From Mediterranea sp. (lineage in GTDB: Bacteria > Bacteroidota > Bacteroidia > Bacteroidales > Bacteroidaceae), in NCBI GenBank assembly GCA_031287715.1, contig JAITSN010000111.1:17848-81847 (forward strand): 64,000 nucleotides of DNA, written 5' to 3'. Numbering within the stretch: the stretch's first letter is position 1; every line of letters starts with the position of its first letter. This document shows, piece by piece, positions 11,507 to 21,083 of this stretch. The position numbers were made by a program, and so were the translations under genes. The notes beneath the pieces were generated by a model, which was not told the origin of the DNA, ran no database searches, and was given only the letters and a program-made list of their open reading frames with translations.

Positions 11507-13567
11507 TCAAAGCCTTAGAGATCTGAGATATTCATAGAATGTATACTGCGCCCTGACAGCGGGGCGGGAAGGATCCTTTTTGAATATATTTCTCAACTTA
11601 TCATCTACGAAGCAGGCTTTCCGGTTGTCGCTGAGTTGGATGTCAAGCAGGTCGGTGATCTCCCGGCGCAGGTCGGGATCGAGGACGGGCACGACGGCCT
11701 CGATGCGGCGGTAGAGGTTCCGTTTCATCCAGTCGGGTGAACCAAGGAAGACTTTCGGGTTTCCTCCGTTGCCGAAGCACCACACGCGTGCGTGTTCCAG
11801 GAAACTGTCCACGATGCGGGTCACGCGGATATTCTTGCTGTAAGGCTGCCCCGGAATAAGGCAGCAAATACCCCTCACGATAAGGTCTATCTCCACGCCT
11901 CGCTCCGAAGCATCATAAAGCCGGTCGATCATGGCCGGATCTTGCAAAGCATTCATTTTTAAGATGATCCGTCCGCCCTTTCCCTCGCCTGCCAGAACGA
12001 TCTCGTTCCGGATCAGGTTCTCGAGTTGCGGGATAAGATTGAAGCGGGCCACCAGCAACCGTTTAAATTCGGGGCCGGGCTTTCCCTGCAACGTAAGGAA
12101 GAGGCGGTGCAGGTCGTCAACGATCACCCTGTCGGCGGTAAACAGACCGATGTCGGCGTACATCCCGGCGGTCTTCTCGTTGAAGTTGCCCGTACTGATG
12201 TAAGCATAGCTGCGGGCGGGCTTTCCTTTATTGTTCCGGCGGAGCACCAGAGCCACCTTTGCGTGCACTTTCAGTCCCGGGATGCTATAAATGATGTTGA
12301 TGCCGGAAGCCTTCATCATCTCGGCCGTGGCTAAATTATTCTCCTCGTCGAACCGGGCTTTCAGCTCGACGAACACCGTTACGGCCTTGCCGTTGCGTGC
12401 GGCGGCCACCAACGTATTGATCACGACGGAGTTTTCCGCCACGCGGTACTGGGTGACCATGATCTCTTTGGTCATCGGGTCGTGGACGGCTTCATACAGG
12501 AAGTGGATGAAGTGCTCGAACGAATGGTAAGGGTAATGGATCATCAGATCCTTCCGGGCCACGTAGCGGAAGACGGATTCCTTGCTGTCCAGGCAGGCGA
12601 GCTTCATCGGTACGGGCTTCTCGCTCCACCCGGCCGCCTTGTTGGGGTTGGGCAGCGCGCGCAAATCTTCCAGGTTGAGGTGTTTGTCGCCCGGGACAAG
12701 CTCGTGGCGGTTGATGCCGAACGCATCCACCAGGAAATCCAGGAAGTCACCGGGGATATGGCGGTCGTAAACAAACCGGCTCACGGCGCCGATCTTACGC
12801 TTCTTGACTTTCTTCTTGATCTTCTCCACGATGTCGGTCTGCGAGTCGTTGTCGTCGATAAGAATATCGGCGTCGCGGGAAATTTTGATGCAGTAGCTGC
12901 AATCAACCACGTAGCCGGGGAAGATAATGTCCAAATTGGATTTGATGATGTCTTCGATGAACATCAGGTAGTGGTTGCCCTCGTGTTTGGGCAGTTCAAT
13001 GAACCGCGGAACCTTGCTGTAGGGCGTTTTCATGACGAAATACTGCACGTGGTCGGGGCTGTCTACGGGAGCGTCGCGCCTGAAAACCCGTACGGCAAGG
13101 TACAACCGGTTGTCGCGCAGGAAAGAAACGACCTTGTCTTTGGAAACAGGAACCGGTTGGAGGAACGGAAATATTTCTTCCCTGAAAAAGTCCCGGACGA
13201 ACTGCCGGTGGAAAGGCTCGACGTTCCGGCTCTGGTAAAAGATGATGTTATTCTTTTGTAGCTCAGGCAATATCTCGTGCTCGTAGATGCGCACGCGGTC
13301 TTCGAGCTGGCGATTGACCTCGTTGCTGATCTCCTGCAGCAGTCTGACGGCAGCATCCACGCTCTCATCATCATCCTTGACGATGCCCGAAGCGATAGCC
13401 TTATGGTCGGCCACCCGAACCTTGTAAAATTCTTCGAGATTGGACGAGTAGATCGAGATAAAGTTTATTCTTTCGTACAGGGGCAGTTCCCGGTCGGCAG
13501 CTTCAAGCAATACGCGGTAGTTGAAAGACAGCCAGCTGATGTCCCGTTTGAAATAATTGTATTTCAT
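11507..13567 (-). CDS. ppk1: Polyphosphate kinase 1
   Basis: RDISWLSFNYRVL, SNLEEFYKVRVA, ELKARFDEENN, LKVHAK, STGNFN, FLEHARV, DWMKRNLYRRIE. Confidence 0.97.
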   Translation of the reverse strand: MKYNYFKRDISWLSFNYRVLLEAADRELPLYERINFISIYSSNLEEFYKVRVADHKAIASGIVKDDDESVDAAVRLLQEISNEVNRQLEDRVRIYEHEILPELQKNNIIFYQSRNVEPFHRQFVRDFFREEIFPFLQPVPVSKDKVVSFLRDNRLYLAVRVFRRDAPVDSPDHVQYFVMKTPYSKVPRFIELPKHEGNHYLMFIEDIIKSNLDIIFPGYVVDCSYCIKISRDADILIDDNDSQTDIVEKIKKKVKKRKIGAVSRFVYDRHIPGDFLDFLVDAFGINRHELVPGDKHLNLEDLRALPNPNKAAGWSEKPVPMKLACLDSKESVFRYVARKDLMIHYPYHSFEHFIHFLYEAVHDPMTKEIMVTQYRVAENSVVINTLVAAARNGKAVTVFVELKARFDEENNLATAEMMKASGINIIYSIPGLKVHAKVALVLRRNNKGKPARSYAYISTGNFNEKTAGMYADIGLFTADRVIVDDLHRLFLTLQGKPGPEFKRLLVARFNLIPQLENLIRNEIVLAGEGKGGRIILKMNALQDPAMIDRLYDASERGVEIDLIVRGICCLIPGQPYSKNIRVTRIVDSFLEHARVWCFGNGGNPKVFLGSPDWMKRNLYRRIEAVVPVLDPDLRREITDLLDIQLSDNRKACFVDDKLRNIFKKDPSRPAVRAQYTFYEYLRSLRL

Positions 13568-13589
13568 TCTTCATAGGCTTAGTTATGCT

Positions 13590-13606
13590 CAAATGTAATA
13601 CCTTTG
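13590..13606. promoter_or_regulatory. Back-to-back divergent -7 boxes for ppk1 and metallophosphoesterase
   Basis: CAAATGTA (TACATTTG on minus) and TACCTTTG on plus separated by 1 bp. Confidence 0.6.
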
Positions 13607-13627
13607 TTTAAATAAGCAATAGAGCGT

Positions 13628-14119
13628 ATGGCAAAAATAGGATTGTTGTCGGATACCCATGGTTATTGGGACGAAAAGTATCTGCACTACTTTGAGGGCT
13701 GCGATGAGATATGGCACGCCGGTGACTTCGGTTCCATCGAAGTAGCCGACAAGCTGGCCGCCTTCCGCCCCCTGCGCGGGGTATACGGAAACATCGACGG
13801 ACAGGATATGCGCCTGCGCTTCCCGCAGGTGAACCGCTTCACAGTGGGCGGCGCCGAAATATGGATGAAGCATATCGGCGGCTATCCCGGCAACTACGAT
13901 CCGTCTATCCGCGGAAGCCTCCTGGCGCGCCCGCCCAAGCTGTTCATCAGCGGGCACTCGCATATCGTAAAGGTGAAATACGACAAGACGCTGGACATGC
14001 TGCACATCAACCCCGGTGCGGCGGGAATGTACGGCTCCCACAGCGTGCGCACGCTGGTGCGCTTCGCCATCGACAAAGGCGGCTTCAAAGACCTGGAAGT
14101 TATCGAGCTGGCCCGATAG
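13628..14119 (+). CDS. Metallophosphoesterase (YfcE/MJ0936-like)
   Basis: SDTHG, HAGD, GNID, SGHSH, INPG motifs. Confidence 0.92.
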   Translation: MAKIGLLSDTHGYWDEKYLHYFEGCDEIWHAGDFGSIEVADKLAAFRPLRGVYGNIDGQDMRLRFPQVNRFTVGGAEIWMKHIGGYPGNYDPSIRGSLLARPPKLFISGHSHIVKVKYDKTLDMLHINPGAAGMYGSHSVRTLVRFAIDKGGFKDLEVIELAR

Positions 14120-14249
14120 AACGGCCGGGCCATCCGGTTTTCAATGCCTTCAATCATTCCATCGTATTCCTTGAAACCGAAAGGGCGGGAGCTTTCGGAT
14201 ACATTCAACATGGCCGGCGCAAAATTCGGGACGCCAATTTATCAACAGA

Positions 14250-14489
14250 TTAACCCGCCAAAAAACGGTGGGAAGACGTTTTGTAAAGCTGTTTTTATGA
14301 AAACAATCGGTGGGAAGACATTTTGTAAAGCTGTTTTTATGAAAACAATCGGTGCGGCACCGTTTTGTAAAGCAGTTTTTACGTCACCGTTTGGTGTGGC
14401 ACCGTTTTGTAAAGCGGTTTTTATGAAAACAATCGGTGGGAAGGCGTTTTGTAAAGCAGTTTTTACGTCACCGTTTGGTGGCGGGTTAA
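14250..14489. repeat. Five 42-bp tandem units bounded by 21-bp terminal inverted repeats (MITE-like)
   Basis: Units start 14267, 14309, 14351, 14393, 14435; TIRs 14250-14270 and 14469-14489 match 19/21. Confidence 0.85.
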
Positions 14490-14664
14490 CATCTTAGTAA
14501 TTGACCTTTTACAATCATGGTTTACTGGTGAACAATTGTTAATTTACCATCAATAATTGTCAATTATCCATGAATAACGGACAATTTACCGAAATAAATG
14601 GTCAATTATCAACAATAAATTGTAAATAAAATGTTTCGAGTCGTGGTTTCTACGGAATTTTGCC

Positions 14665-14672
14665 TATCTTTG
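14665..14672 (+). promoter_or_regulatory. -7 box for leader ORF / RND operon
   Basis: TATCTTTG ~20 bp upstream of ATG 14692. Confidence 0.65.
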
Positions 14673-14691
14673 CTCTCGTTGAATATATAAT

Positions 14692-15087
14692 ATGATGGCA
14701 TACAAACGATATATCGTATATTTCCTGATGGCTACCGGCATGATCATGCTGGGAGCTTCTCTCATACCCCATCATCATCATAACGACGAGATCGTTTGCA
14801 TGAAAGATGATATGGAGACGGAAAGCCCCTGCAGCCATCATCACAACGACGATCCGTGTTGCACAAGCCTTTGCGCAACACAGCTCGAATTGTCGGCGCC
14901 CACACAGTTATCGGACAAGGTGCAGCCTGTTTTCATTTACTGTATAACGCTATTCTTCAAACCTCTCCTCCAGCTGGCCATTCAACCCGAAGAACGCACG
15001 GTTTATCGAGGCTATGTCTACCTGGAACTCCTCCACGGCACATTTATCACAGGTGCCGCAGGTCTTCGCGCACCACCCCCATTCTAA
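14692..15087 (+). CDS. His/Cys-rich secreted leader protein with C-terminal RAPP motif (DUF6769/DUF2946-like)
   Basis: Signal-like N-terminus, PHHHH, CSHHHNDDPCCTSLC, ends GAAGLRAPPPF*. Confidence 0.8.
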   Translation: MMAYKRYIVYFLMATGMIMLGASLIPHHHHNDEIVCMKDDMETESPCSHHHNDDPCCTSLCATQLELSAPTQLSDKVQPVFIYCITLFFKPLLQLAIQPEERTVYRGYVYLELLHGTFITGAAGLRAPPPF

Positions 15088-15255
15088 TTGACAATGGACA
15101 ATGGACAATTGACAATTAACAATTGGTCATTATCCATTGCCAACTGATCATTTTCCTTTTATTATTTAACTATTTATCATTGCCAATTGTCCATTGTCAA
15201 TTGTCCATTGTCAATTATCCATTGCCAATTGTTCATTGTCTATTGTCAATTGTCA
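15086..15255. repeat. Inverted pair of heptamer tracts
   Basis: (ATTGACA/ATGGACA)n at 15086-15124 and complementary (TTGTCCA/TTGTCAA)n at 15180-15255. Confidence 0.85.
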
Positions 15256-15281
15256 TTCGTTCATTCAACAATTTAATTATA

Positions 15282-16469
15282 ATGAAAAAGATTCTATATA
15301 TTATAGGTATAGGCGTTACGGGCATGTTCCTGCTGGGTTCATGCGGCAGCCACACGGATAAGGAAGAAGCACACGATCATGAGGGGTGCAGCCACACAAC
15401 CGGTGAACACCGGCACGATGAGCATGAAGAGCAGAAAGAAGACGGCGACGACGAGATCGTTCTCTCTAAAGAGCAGGCGCAGGCAGCCGGCATACAGTCG
15501 GAAGCAGTAGAAGCGGGCACATTCCGCCAAGTCATTAAGACCGGCGGGCAGGTGCTGGCCGCGCAAGGCGGCGAAGCTACGGCCGTGGCGACCATCGCCG
15601 GGGTTGTTTCGCTGGGGAACAGGATCGTTGAAGGAACGGAGGTGAGCCGCGGCGCGACCCTGCTTACCCTGTCGGCGAAGAACATGGCGGAAGGCGATCC
15701 GGTGCAACGGGCGCAAGTGATCTACGACGCGGCGCGGAAGGAATACGAACGCATGAAGCCTTTAGCCGCCAGCCGGATCGTCTCGCAGAAAGAGTTCAGC
15801 CAGGCCGAAGAGAATTACCAAAAGGCGCGCATCGTCTACGAAGCCACGGCAAAGAACAGCTCCGGCGGGGGGCAGGCGGTTGCCGCTCCTGTCTCCGGAT
15901 TTGTGAAGAGCATCCTGGTCAAGGAAGGTGATTACGTGGAAGCGGGGCAGCCGGTGGCAGTCGTCACACAGAGCCGCCGCCTGTTTCTGCGCGCCGAGGT
16001 ACCGGAGAAGTACTACCGGTATCTCCGGACCATCGCCTCGGCAAACTTTAAGACGCCTTACGGCAGCACGGCCTATTCGCTGGAAGAGTTGGGCGGAAAA
16101 CTCCTGTCTTACGGGAAATCGTCGGGCGACAACTCCTATTACACGCCCGTAACGTTTGAGTTCGACAATAAAGGCGATGTGTTGCCCGGCTCTTTTGTTG
16201 AGATCTACCTGCTGTCTTCGCCGATGAGCCGCACGATTTCCTTGCCGCACACCGCGCTGACCGAAGAACAGGGCCTTTACTTCGTCTACCTGCAAACGGA
16301 CGACGATTGTTACCGGAAACAGGAAGTAACCTTGGGAGCCGACAACGGGCAACGGGTGCAGATCCTCAGCGGCATCGCTTCGGGAGACCGCGTGGTGACG
16401 CGGGGCGCCTACCAGGTGAAACTTGCATCGACAAGCAGTACGATCCCATCACATAACCATGAACATTAA
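15282..16469 (+). CDS. RND efflux periplasmic adaptor (CusB/CzcB-like lipoprotein) with His-rich N-terminus
   Basis: Start re-called to MKKILYIIG; lipobox LLGSC; HDHEGCSHTTGEHRHDEHE; APVSGFV...VKEGDYVEAGQ; ends HNHEH. Confidence 0.9.
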   Translation: MKKILYIIGIGVTGMFLLGSCGSHTDKEEAHDHEGCSHTTGEHRHDEHEEQKEDGDDEIVLSKEQAQAAGIQSEAVEAGTFRQVIKTGGQVLAAQGGEATAVATIAGVVSLGNRIVEGTEVSRGATLLTLSAKNMAEGDPVQRAQVIYDAARKEYERMKPLAASRIVSQKEFSQAEENYQKARIVYEATAKNSSGGGQAVAAPVSGFVKSILVKEGDYVEAGQPVAVVTQSRRLFLRAEVPEKYYRYLRTIASANFKTPYGSTAYSLEELGGKLLSYGKSSGDNSYYTPVTFEFDNKGDVLPGSFVEIYLLSSPMSRTISLPHTALTEEQGLYFVYLQTDDDCYRKQEVTLGADNGQRVQILSGIASGDRVVTRGAYQVKLASTSSTIPSHNHEH

Positions 16470-16475
16470 TGCCTT

Positions 16476-19400
16476 ATGCTGAACAAGATCATACATTATT
16501 CCCTGAACAACCGGTTGGTCATATTGGCCGCCGCCCTGCTGCTGATGCTATGGGGGACCTATACGGCCGTCCATACCGAAGTAGACGTGTTCCCCGACCT
16601 GAACGCTCCCACGGTGGTCGTCATGACCGAAGCCGGCGGCATGGCTGCCGAAGAAGTGGAGCAGCTGGTGACATTCCCCATAGAGACAGCCGTCAACGGC
16701 GCCACGGGCGTGCGGCGCGTGCGCTCGTCGTCCACCACCGGATTCTCCGTCGTGTGGGTAGAGTTCGATTGGGACTCCGACGTTTATCTGGCCCGGCAGA
16801 TCGTTTCCGAGAAGCTGTCCGCAGTGAGCGGCTCCTTCCCGTCGAATGTAGGCAAACCCACGCTCGGCCCGCAGTCGTCCATTCTGGGCGAGATGCTTAT
16901 CATCGGACTGACGTCGGACTCGACTTCGATGATCGACCTTCGCACTCTTGCCGACCGGACCGTCCGTCCGCGGCTGCTGTCTACCGGAGGGGTGGCGCAG
17001 GTGGCCGTACTTGGCGGAGATATTAAGGAGTACCAGATCCTTCTTTCGCCGGAACGGATGAAACATTACGGCGTGAGGCTGGACGAGGTGATGAACGCCG
17101 TGCGCGACATGAACCTCAACGCCAACGGGGGGGCGCTTTACGAATACGGCAACGAGTACATCGTCCGCGGAATGTTATCCACCGATAAGGTTGAGCAGAT
17201 CGGCAAGTCGGTGGTGAAGATCATCACCGGCGCTCCCGTCATGCTCGAAGACATCGCCGAGCTGCGCATCGGGGCCAAAACGCCCAAGCTGGGGGCCGCT
17301 TCGGAACGCGGCAAGTCCGCCGTGCTGCTCACCGTGACCAAGCAACCGGCAACCAATACGCTGGAGCTGACCGGCAAGCTGGAATCAACATTGAAAGACC
17401 TTCAGCAGAACCTGCCGGCGGACGTGCGCGTATCTACAGACATCTTCCGCCAGAGCCGGTTCATCGAAGCAGCCATCGGCAACGTCCGCAAGTCGCTGGT
17501 TGAAGGGAGCATCTTTGTTGTCATCATCCTCTTCCTCTTCCTGGGGAACGTCCGCACAACGCTCATCTCCCTGGTCACGCTGCCCATCTCGGTCGTCGCA
17601 TCTATCCTGACACTGAACTACATGGGTCTGACCCTCAACACGATGAGCCTCGGCGGGCTGGCCATCGCCATCGGCTCGCTGGTGGACGATGCGATCGTGG
17701 ACGTCGAGAACGTTTTCAAACGCCTGCGCGAGAACCGTATGAAGCCCGAAGCTGAGCGGATGCGGGGCATAGACGTCGTCTTCAACGCATCAAAAGAAGT
17801 ACGGATGCCGATCCTCAACTCTACGCTCATCATCATCGCCGGCTTCATGCCCCTGTTCTTCCTCACCGATATGGAAGGGCGGATGCTGGCGCCCTTGGGC
17901 ATCGCTTTCATCGTGGCACTCTTCGCCTCAACAGCCACGGCCCTCACGCTCACGCCGGTACTTTGCAGCTACCTGCTGACGAAGAACAAAAACGACCAAC
18001 TGCCCAAAGAGGCCCTCGTAGCTGTCAAGTTAAGGGGCTACTATGAGAAAGCGCTCGTGTGGGCGCTCGAGCACAGGCGCATCGTGATGGGCACTACCAT
18101 AACATTGTTTGCAGCAGCGGTTGGACTGTATTTCACCCTGGGACGCAGCTTCCTGCCTCCGTTCAACGAAGGATCGCTCACGATAAACGTCAGCTCGCTT
18201 CCGGGCATCTCACTCGAAGAATCGAACAGCATCGGGCTGCGCGCCGAGCAACTGCTGCTGACCATTCCAGAGATCAAAACCGTAGCCCGCAAAACAGGAC
18301 GGGCCGAGCTTGACGAGCACGCCCTCGGCGTAAACGTCTCCGAGATAGAAGCGCCCTTTGAGCTTGAACGTCCCCGGCAGGAATTTATCGCCGAAGTCCG
18401 CCAAAAACTCGGCGGGATCACAGGAGCGAACATCGAGATCGGACAACCCATCAGCCACCGCATAGACGCCATGCTGTCGGGCACCAAAGCAAACATCGCC
18501 ATCAAGCTCTTCGGCGACGACCTCAACAAGATGTTCGCGCTGGGCAACGCCGTCAAAGACGCCATCAGCGGAGTGGAAGGCATCGCCGACCTGAACGTGG
18601 AGCAGCAGACCGAACGGCCGCAGCTCAAGATCACTCCGCGGCGGGAACTCATGGCCAAATACGGCATCAGCCTGCCGGAATTTGCCGAATGTATCCGCGT
18701 GAACTTAGCCGGAGAAGTCGTGTCCTTAGTCTACGACAAAGGAACGAGCTTCGACCTGACGGTGAAGGCGGACGATGCGAACCGCGACAAAGCCGGCACG
18801 ATCGCCGACCTGATGATCGACACGGGCGACGGCAAAAAAGTACCCTTGAGCCACGTGGCCGACATCCGGTCTACCGTGGGGCCGAACGCGATCAACAGGG
18901 AGAACGCCAAGCGTAAGATCGTCGTCTCCGCCAACATCGCAGACAGAGACTTGCGCAGCGTGGTGAACGACATCCGCAAAAGGATAGACAGCCAAATAAC
19001 CCTGCCCGAAGGCTATTACATCCGCTACGGCGGACAGTTTGAAAGCGAACAGGCCGCCAGCCGCACACTGCTGATAACCTCGATCATGGCAATCGCTCTG
19101 ATCTTCCTGCTACTCTACCACGAGTTCCGCAACGTCAAACAAGCCGCCATGATCCTGGTAAATCTGCCTCTGGCACTGATTGGAGGACTGCTTGCCCTGA
19201 CCCTGACAACAGGAGAGATCAGCATCCCGGCCATCATCGGGTTCATCTCGCTCTTCGGCATCGCCACCCGGAACGGCATGTTGCTCATCAACCGCTACAA
19301 CCATCTTCAGGATGAAGGACTGACCCTGCGGCAAAGCGTCATCCAAGGCTCGGCCGACCGCCTGAACCCCATCCTGATGACAGCCCTCACCTCCGCACTT

Positions 19401-19562
19401 GCCCTCGTGCCGCTGGCCCTGAACGGCGAACTGCCGGGCAACGAGATCCAAAGCCCGATGGCAAAGGTTATCCTCGGAGGACTCCTCACCTCGACATTCC
19501 TCAACGGATTTGTCGTACCGATCATCTACCTGACCGCAAAAACCAATAAAAACCAACAATGA
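16476..19562 (+). CDS. Heavy-metal efflux RND permease (CusA/CzcA family)
   Basis: DVFPDLNAPTV, NTMSLGGLAIAIGSLVDDAIVDVEN, RLNPILMTAL; 1028 aa. Confidence 0.95.
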   Translation: MLNKIIHYSLNNRLVILAAALLLMLWGTYTAVHTEVDVFPDLNAPTVVVMTEAGGMAAEEVEQLVTFPIETAVNGATGVRRVRSSSTTGFSVVWVEFDWDSDVYLARQIVSEKLSAVSGSFPSNVGKPTLGPQSSILGEMLIIGLTSDSTSMIDLRTLADRTVRPRLLSTGGVAQVAVLGGDIKEYQILLSPERMKHYGVRLDEVMNAVRDMNLNANGGALYEYGNEYIVRGMLSTDKVEQIGKSVVKIITGAPVMLEDIAELRIGAKTPKLGAASERGKSAVLLTVTKQPATNTLELTGKLESTLKDLQQNLPADVRVSTDIFRQSRFIEAAIGNVRKSLVEGSIFVVIILFLFLGNVRTTLISLVTLPISVVASILTLNYMGLTLNTMSLGGLAIAIGSLVDDAIVDVENVFKRLRENRMKPEAERMRGIDVVFNASKEVRMPILNSTLIIIAGFMPLFFLTDMEGRMLAPLGIAFIVALFASTATALTLTPVLCSYLLTKNKNDQLPKEALVAVKLRGYYEKALVWALEHRRIVMGTTITLFAAAVGLYFTLGRSFLPPFNEGSLTINVSSLPGISLEESNSIGLRAEQLLLTIPEIKTVARKTGRAELDEHALGVNVSEIEAPFELERPRQEFIAEVRQKLGGITGANIEIGQPISHRIDAMLSGTKANIAIKLFGDDLNKMFALGNAVKDAISGVEGIADLNVEQQTERPQLKITPRRELMAKYGISLPEFAECIRVNLAGEVVSLVYDKGTSFDLTVKADDANRDKAGTIADLMIDTGDGKKVPLSHVADIRSTVGPNAINRENAKRKIVVSANIADRDLRSVVNDIRKRIDSQITLPEGYYIRYGGQFESEQAASRTLLITSIMAIALIFLLLYHEFRNVKQAAMILVNLPLALIGGLLALTLTTGEISIPAIIGFISLFGIATRNGMLLINRYNHLQDEGLTLRQSVIQGSADRLNPILMTALTSALALVPLALNGELPGNEIQSPMAKVILGGLLTSTFLNGFVVPIIYLTAKTNKNQQ

Positions 19563-20749
19563 ACACCAGACATATCCTTTGTGCAGCCCTCACACTGTGG
19601 GCCGGAACAGCCCTCAGGGCGCAAGAAACAAGCATAAACCAAGTGCTTGAAAGCATCGAAGCCAACAACGCCACCCTCCGGGCGTACGCAGAACAGACCG
19701 CCAGGCAAAAGCTCGAAGACAAAGCGGGCAACAACCTGCCCGACCCGACGGCGACCTACGCACACATGTGGGGGGCGGGAAGCCGCGAGACCATCAGCGA
19801 GGCCAGCCTCTCGCAACGCTTCGACTTCCCCACGCTCTACGCCGGACGACGCAAGCTGAACAAACTCAAGGCAAATGCGCTGGACAGCCAAGCCCGGACC
19901 CTGCGCCGCGACATACTTCTGCTGGCGCAGGAACTCTGCCTGGACATCATCCTGCTGCGGCAGCAGAGAACCGTCCTGGAGGAGAGGCTCAAAAACGCAC
20001 GTGAACTCACCGCCATGTATGACGAGAAGCTAAAGCAGGGCGAGGCCAACGTCATCCAGACCAACCGGATAAGCCTCGAGCTGCTCAACGCCGTCACCGA
20101 AGCCGGCCTCAACGAGACCGCCCTGCGGAACAAGCTCCTGGAACTCACCGCGCTCAACGGCAACATCCCCGTAACCTTCGACGATACAGACTATCCGCTC
20201 CCGACGGCGCTACTCCCGCCGGACGACCCGCAAGCAGCAAGCCAAACCCTCCGGGACGATCCCGAACTCGCGGCGCTTCACCAACAAATCCTGGCAGCCA
20301 ACCGCCAACTCCGCATAAGCAAAGCCCAATGGCTGCCTAAGCTCGAGCTAGGCTACCGGCGCAACATCGAAGCCGGACGGCCCTTCAACGGACTGATGGC
20401 CGGCATCTCCATACCCCTGTTCGAGAACCGCAACAACATAAAAGCAGCCAAAGCACAAACCCGCGAACTCAACGCCCGAACAGAAAGCGCCGCCGCCCGG
20501 ATAAAAACCGAACAGGAACAACTCCGCGCAGAAGCACAAGCCCTGCAAAATACCATAAATGACTATAAGAAAACCGCCGCCACACAAACAACCCTTCCCC
20601 TGCTCAAAGAAGCCCTCGCAGGGGGACAACTCTCGACCATCGAATACCTCGCAGAACTCACCGTCTTTCACCAAAGCCGCCTGAATCATCTGCAACTCCA
20701 AAACCAATACCAAAAAACACTCGCAAGGCTTCGCAAGAACGGGCTATAA
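19559..20749 (+). CDS. TolC-family outer membrane efflux protein
   Basis: Signal peptide, helical repeats, WLPKLELGY, GISIPLF; third gene of RND operon. Confidence 0.88.
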   Translation: MNTRHILCAALTLWAGTALRAQETSINQVLESIEANNATLRAYAEQTARQKLEDKAGNNLPDPTATYAHMWGAGSRETISEASLSQRFDFPTLYAGRRKLNKLKANALDSQARTLRRDILLLAQELCLDIILLRQQRTVLEERLKNARELTAMYDEKLKQGEANVIQTNRISLELLNAVTEAGLNETALRNKLLELTALNGNIPVTFDDTDYPLPTALLPPDDPQAASQTLRDDPELAALHQQILAANRQLRISKAQWLPKLELGYRRNIEAGRPFNGLMAGISIPLFENRNNIKAAKAQTRELNARTESAAARIKTEQEQLRAEAQALQNTINDYKKTAATQTTLPLLKEALAGGQLSTIEYLAELTVFHQSRLNHLQLQNQYQKTLARLRKNGL

Positions 20750-20841
20750 CCCGGGCAGCCATCCGCCGCTGTCCTTAACGCAGGCGGAAGGTGAACGGAA
20801 ATAAAGAAGGTAATGGTTAAGGAGGATAATTAATAAAGCGG

Positions 20842-20875
20842 AGCGGCTCATTAAACCAATGTTTAATGAGCCGCT
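20842..20875. repeat. Palindrome GGCTCATTAAAC-N4-GTTTAATGAGCC, copy 1 (possible terminator or fix-like site)
   Basis: AGCGGCTCATTAAAC-CAAT-GTTTAATGAGCCGCT, perfect 15-bp arms. Confidence 0.85.
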
Positions 20876-20972
20876 TTAAAAAAACACATATACATATTAT
20901 ATATAGGAAGCGACAGAAGTAAGTCTGACGCATCTGCATCGTACTGAACATCTTGCTCAGAGTAATTCACCA

Positions 20973-21017
20973 AATAAAGCAAAACAAAAAGCGAATAAAG
21001 CAAAACAAAAAGCGAAT
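20973..21017 (+). promoter_or_regulatory. 21-bp perfect direct repeat upstream of -7 box (TATGTTTG 21047-21054)
   Basis: AATAAAGCAAAACAAAAAGCG x2. Confidence 0.55.
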
Positions 21018-21083
21018 GAGTAATGATAGTTCTGCTCAATATATTGTATGTTTGGGGAAATATGCTAAAAAGTATTATAAAAA

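Noticed and set aside
14267-14476. TIGR-like dual-spacer guide array
   Set aside because: Period is 42 bp, variable slots have only two allele types each, and no Nop-domain or nuclease gene is adjacent
14144-14497. 117-aa ORF
   Set aside because: Translation of the 42-bp repeats; no independent coding evidence
15123-15281. N-terminal extension of the RND adaptor
   Set aside because: Translated heptamer repeats (IVHCQLS); the lipoprotein signal starts at 15282
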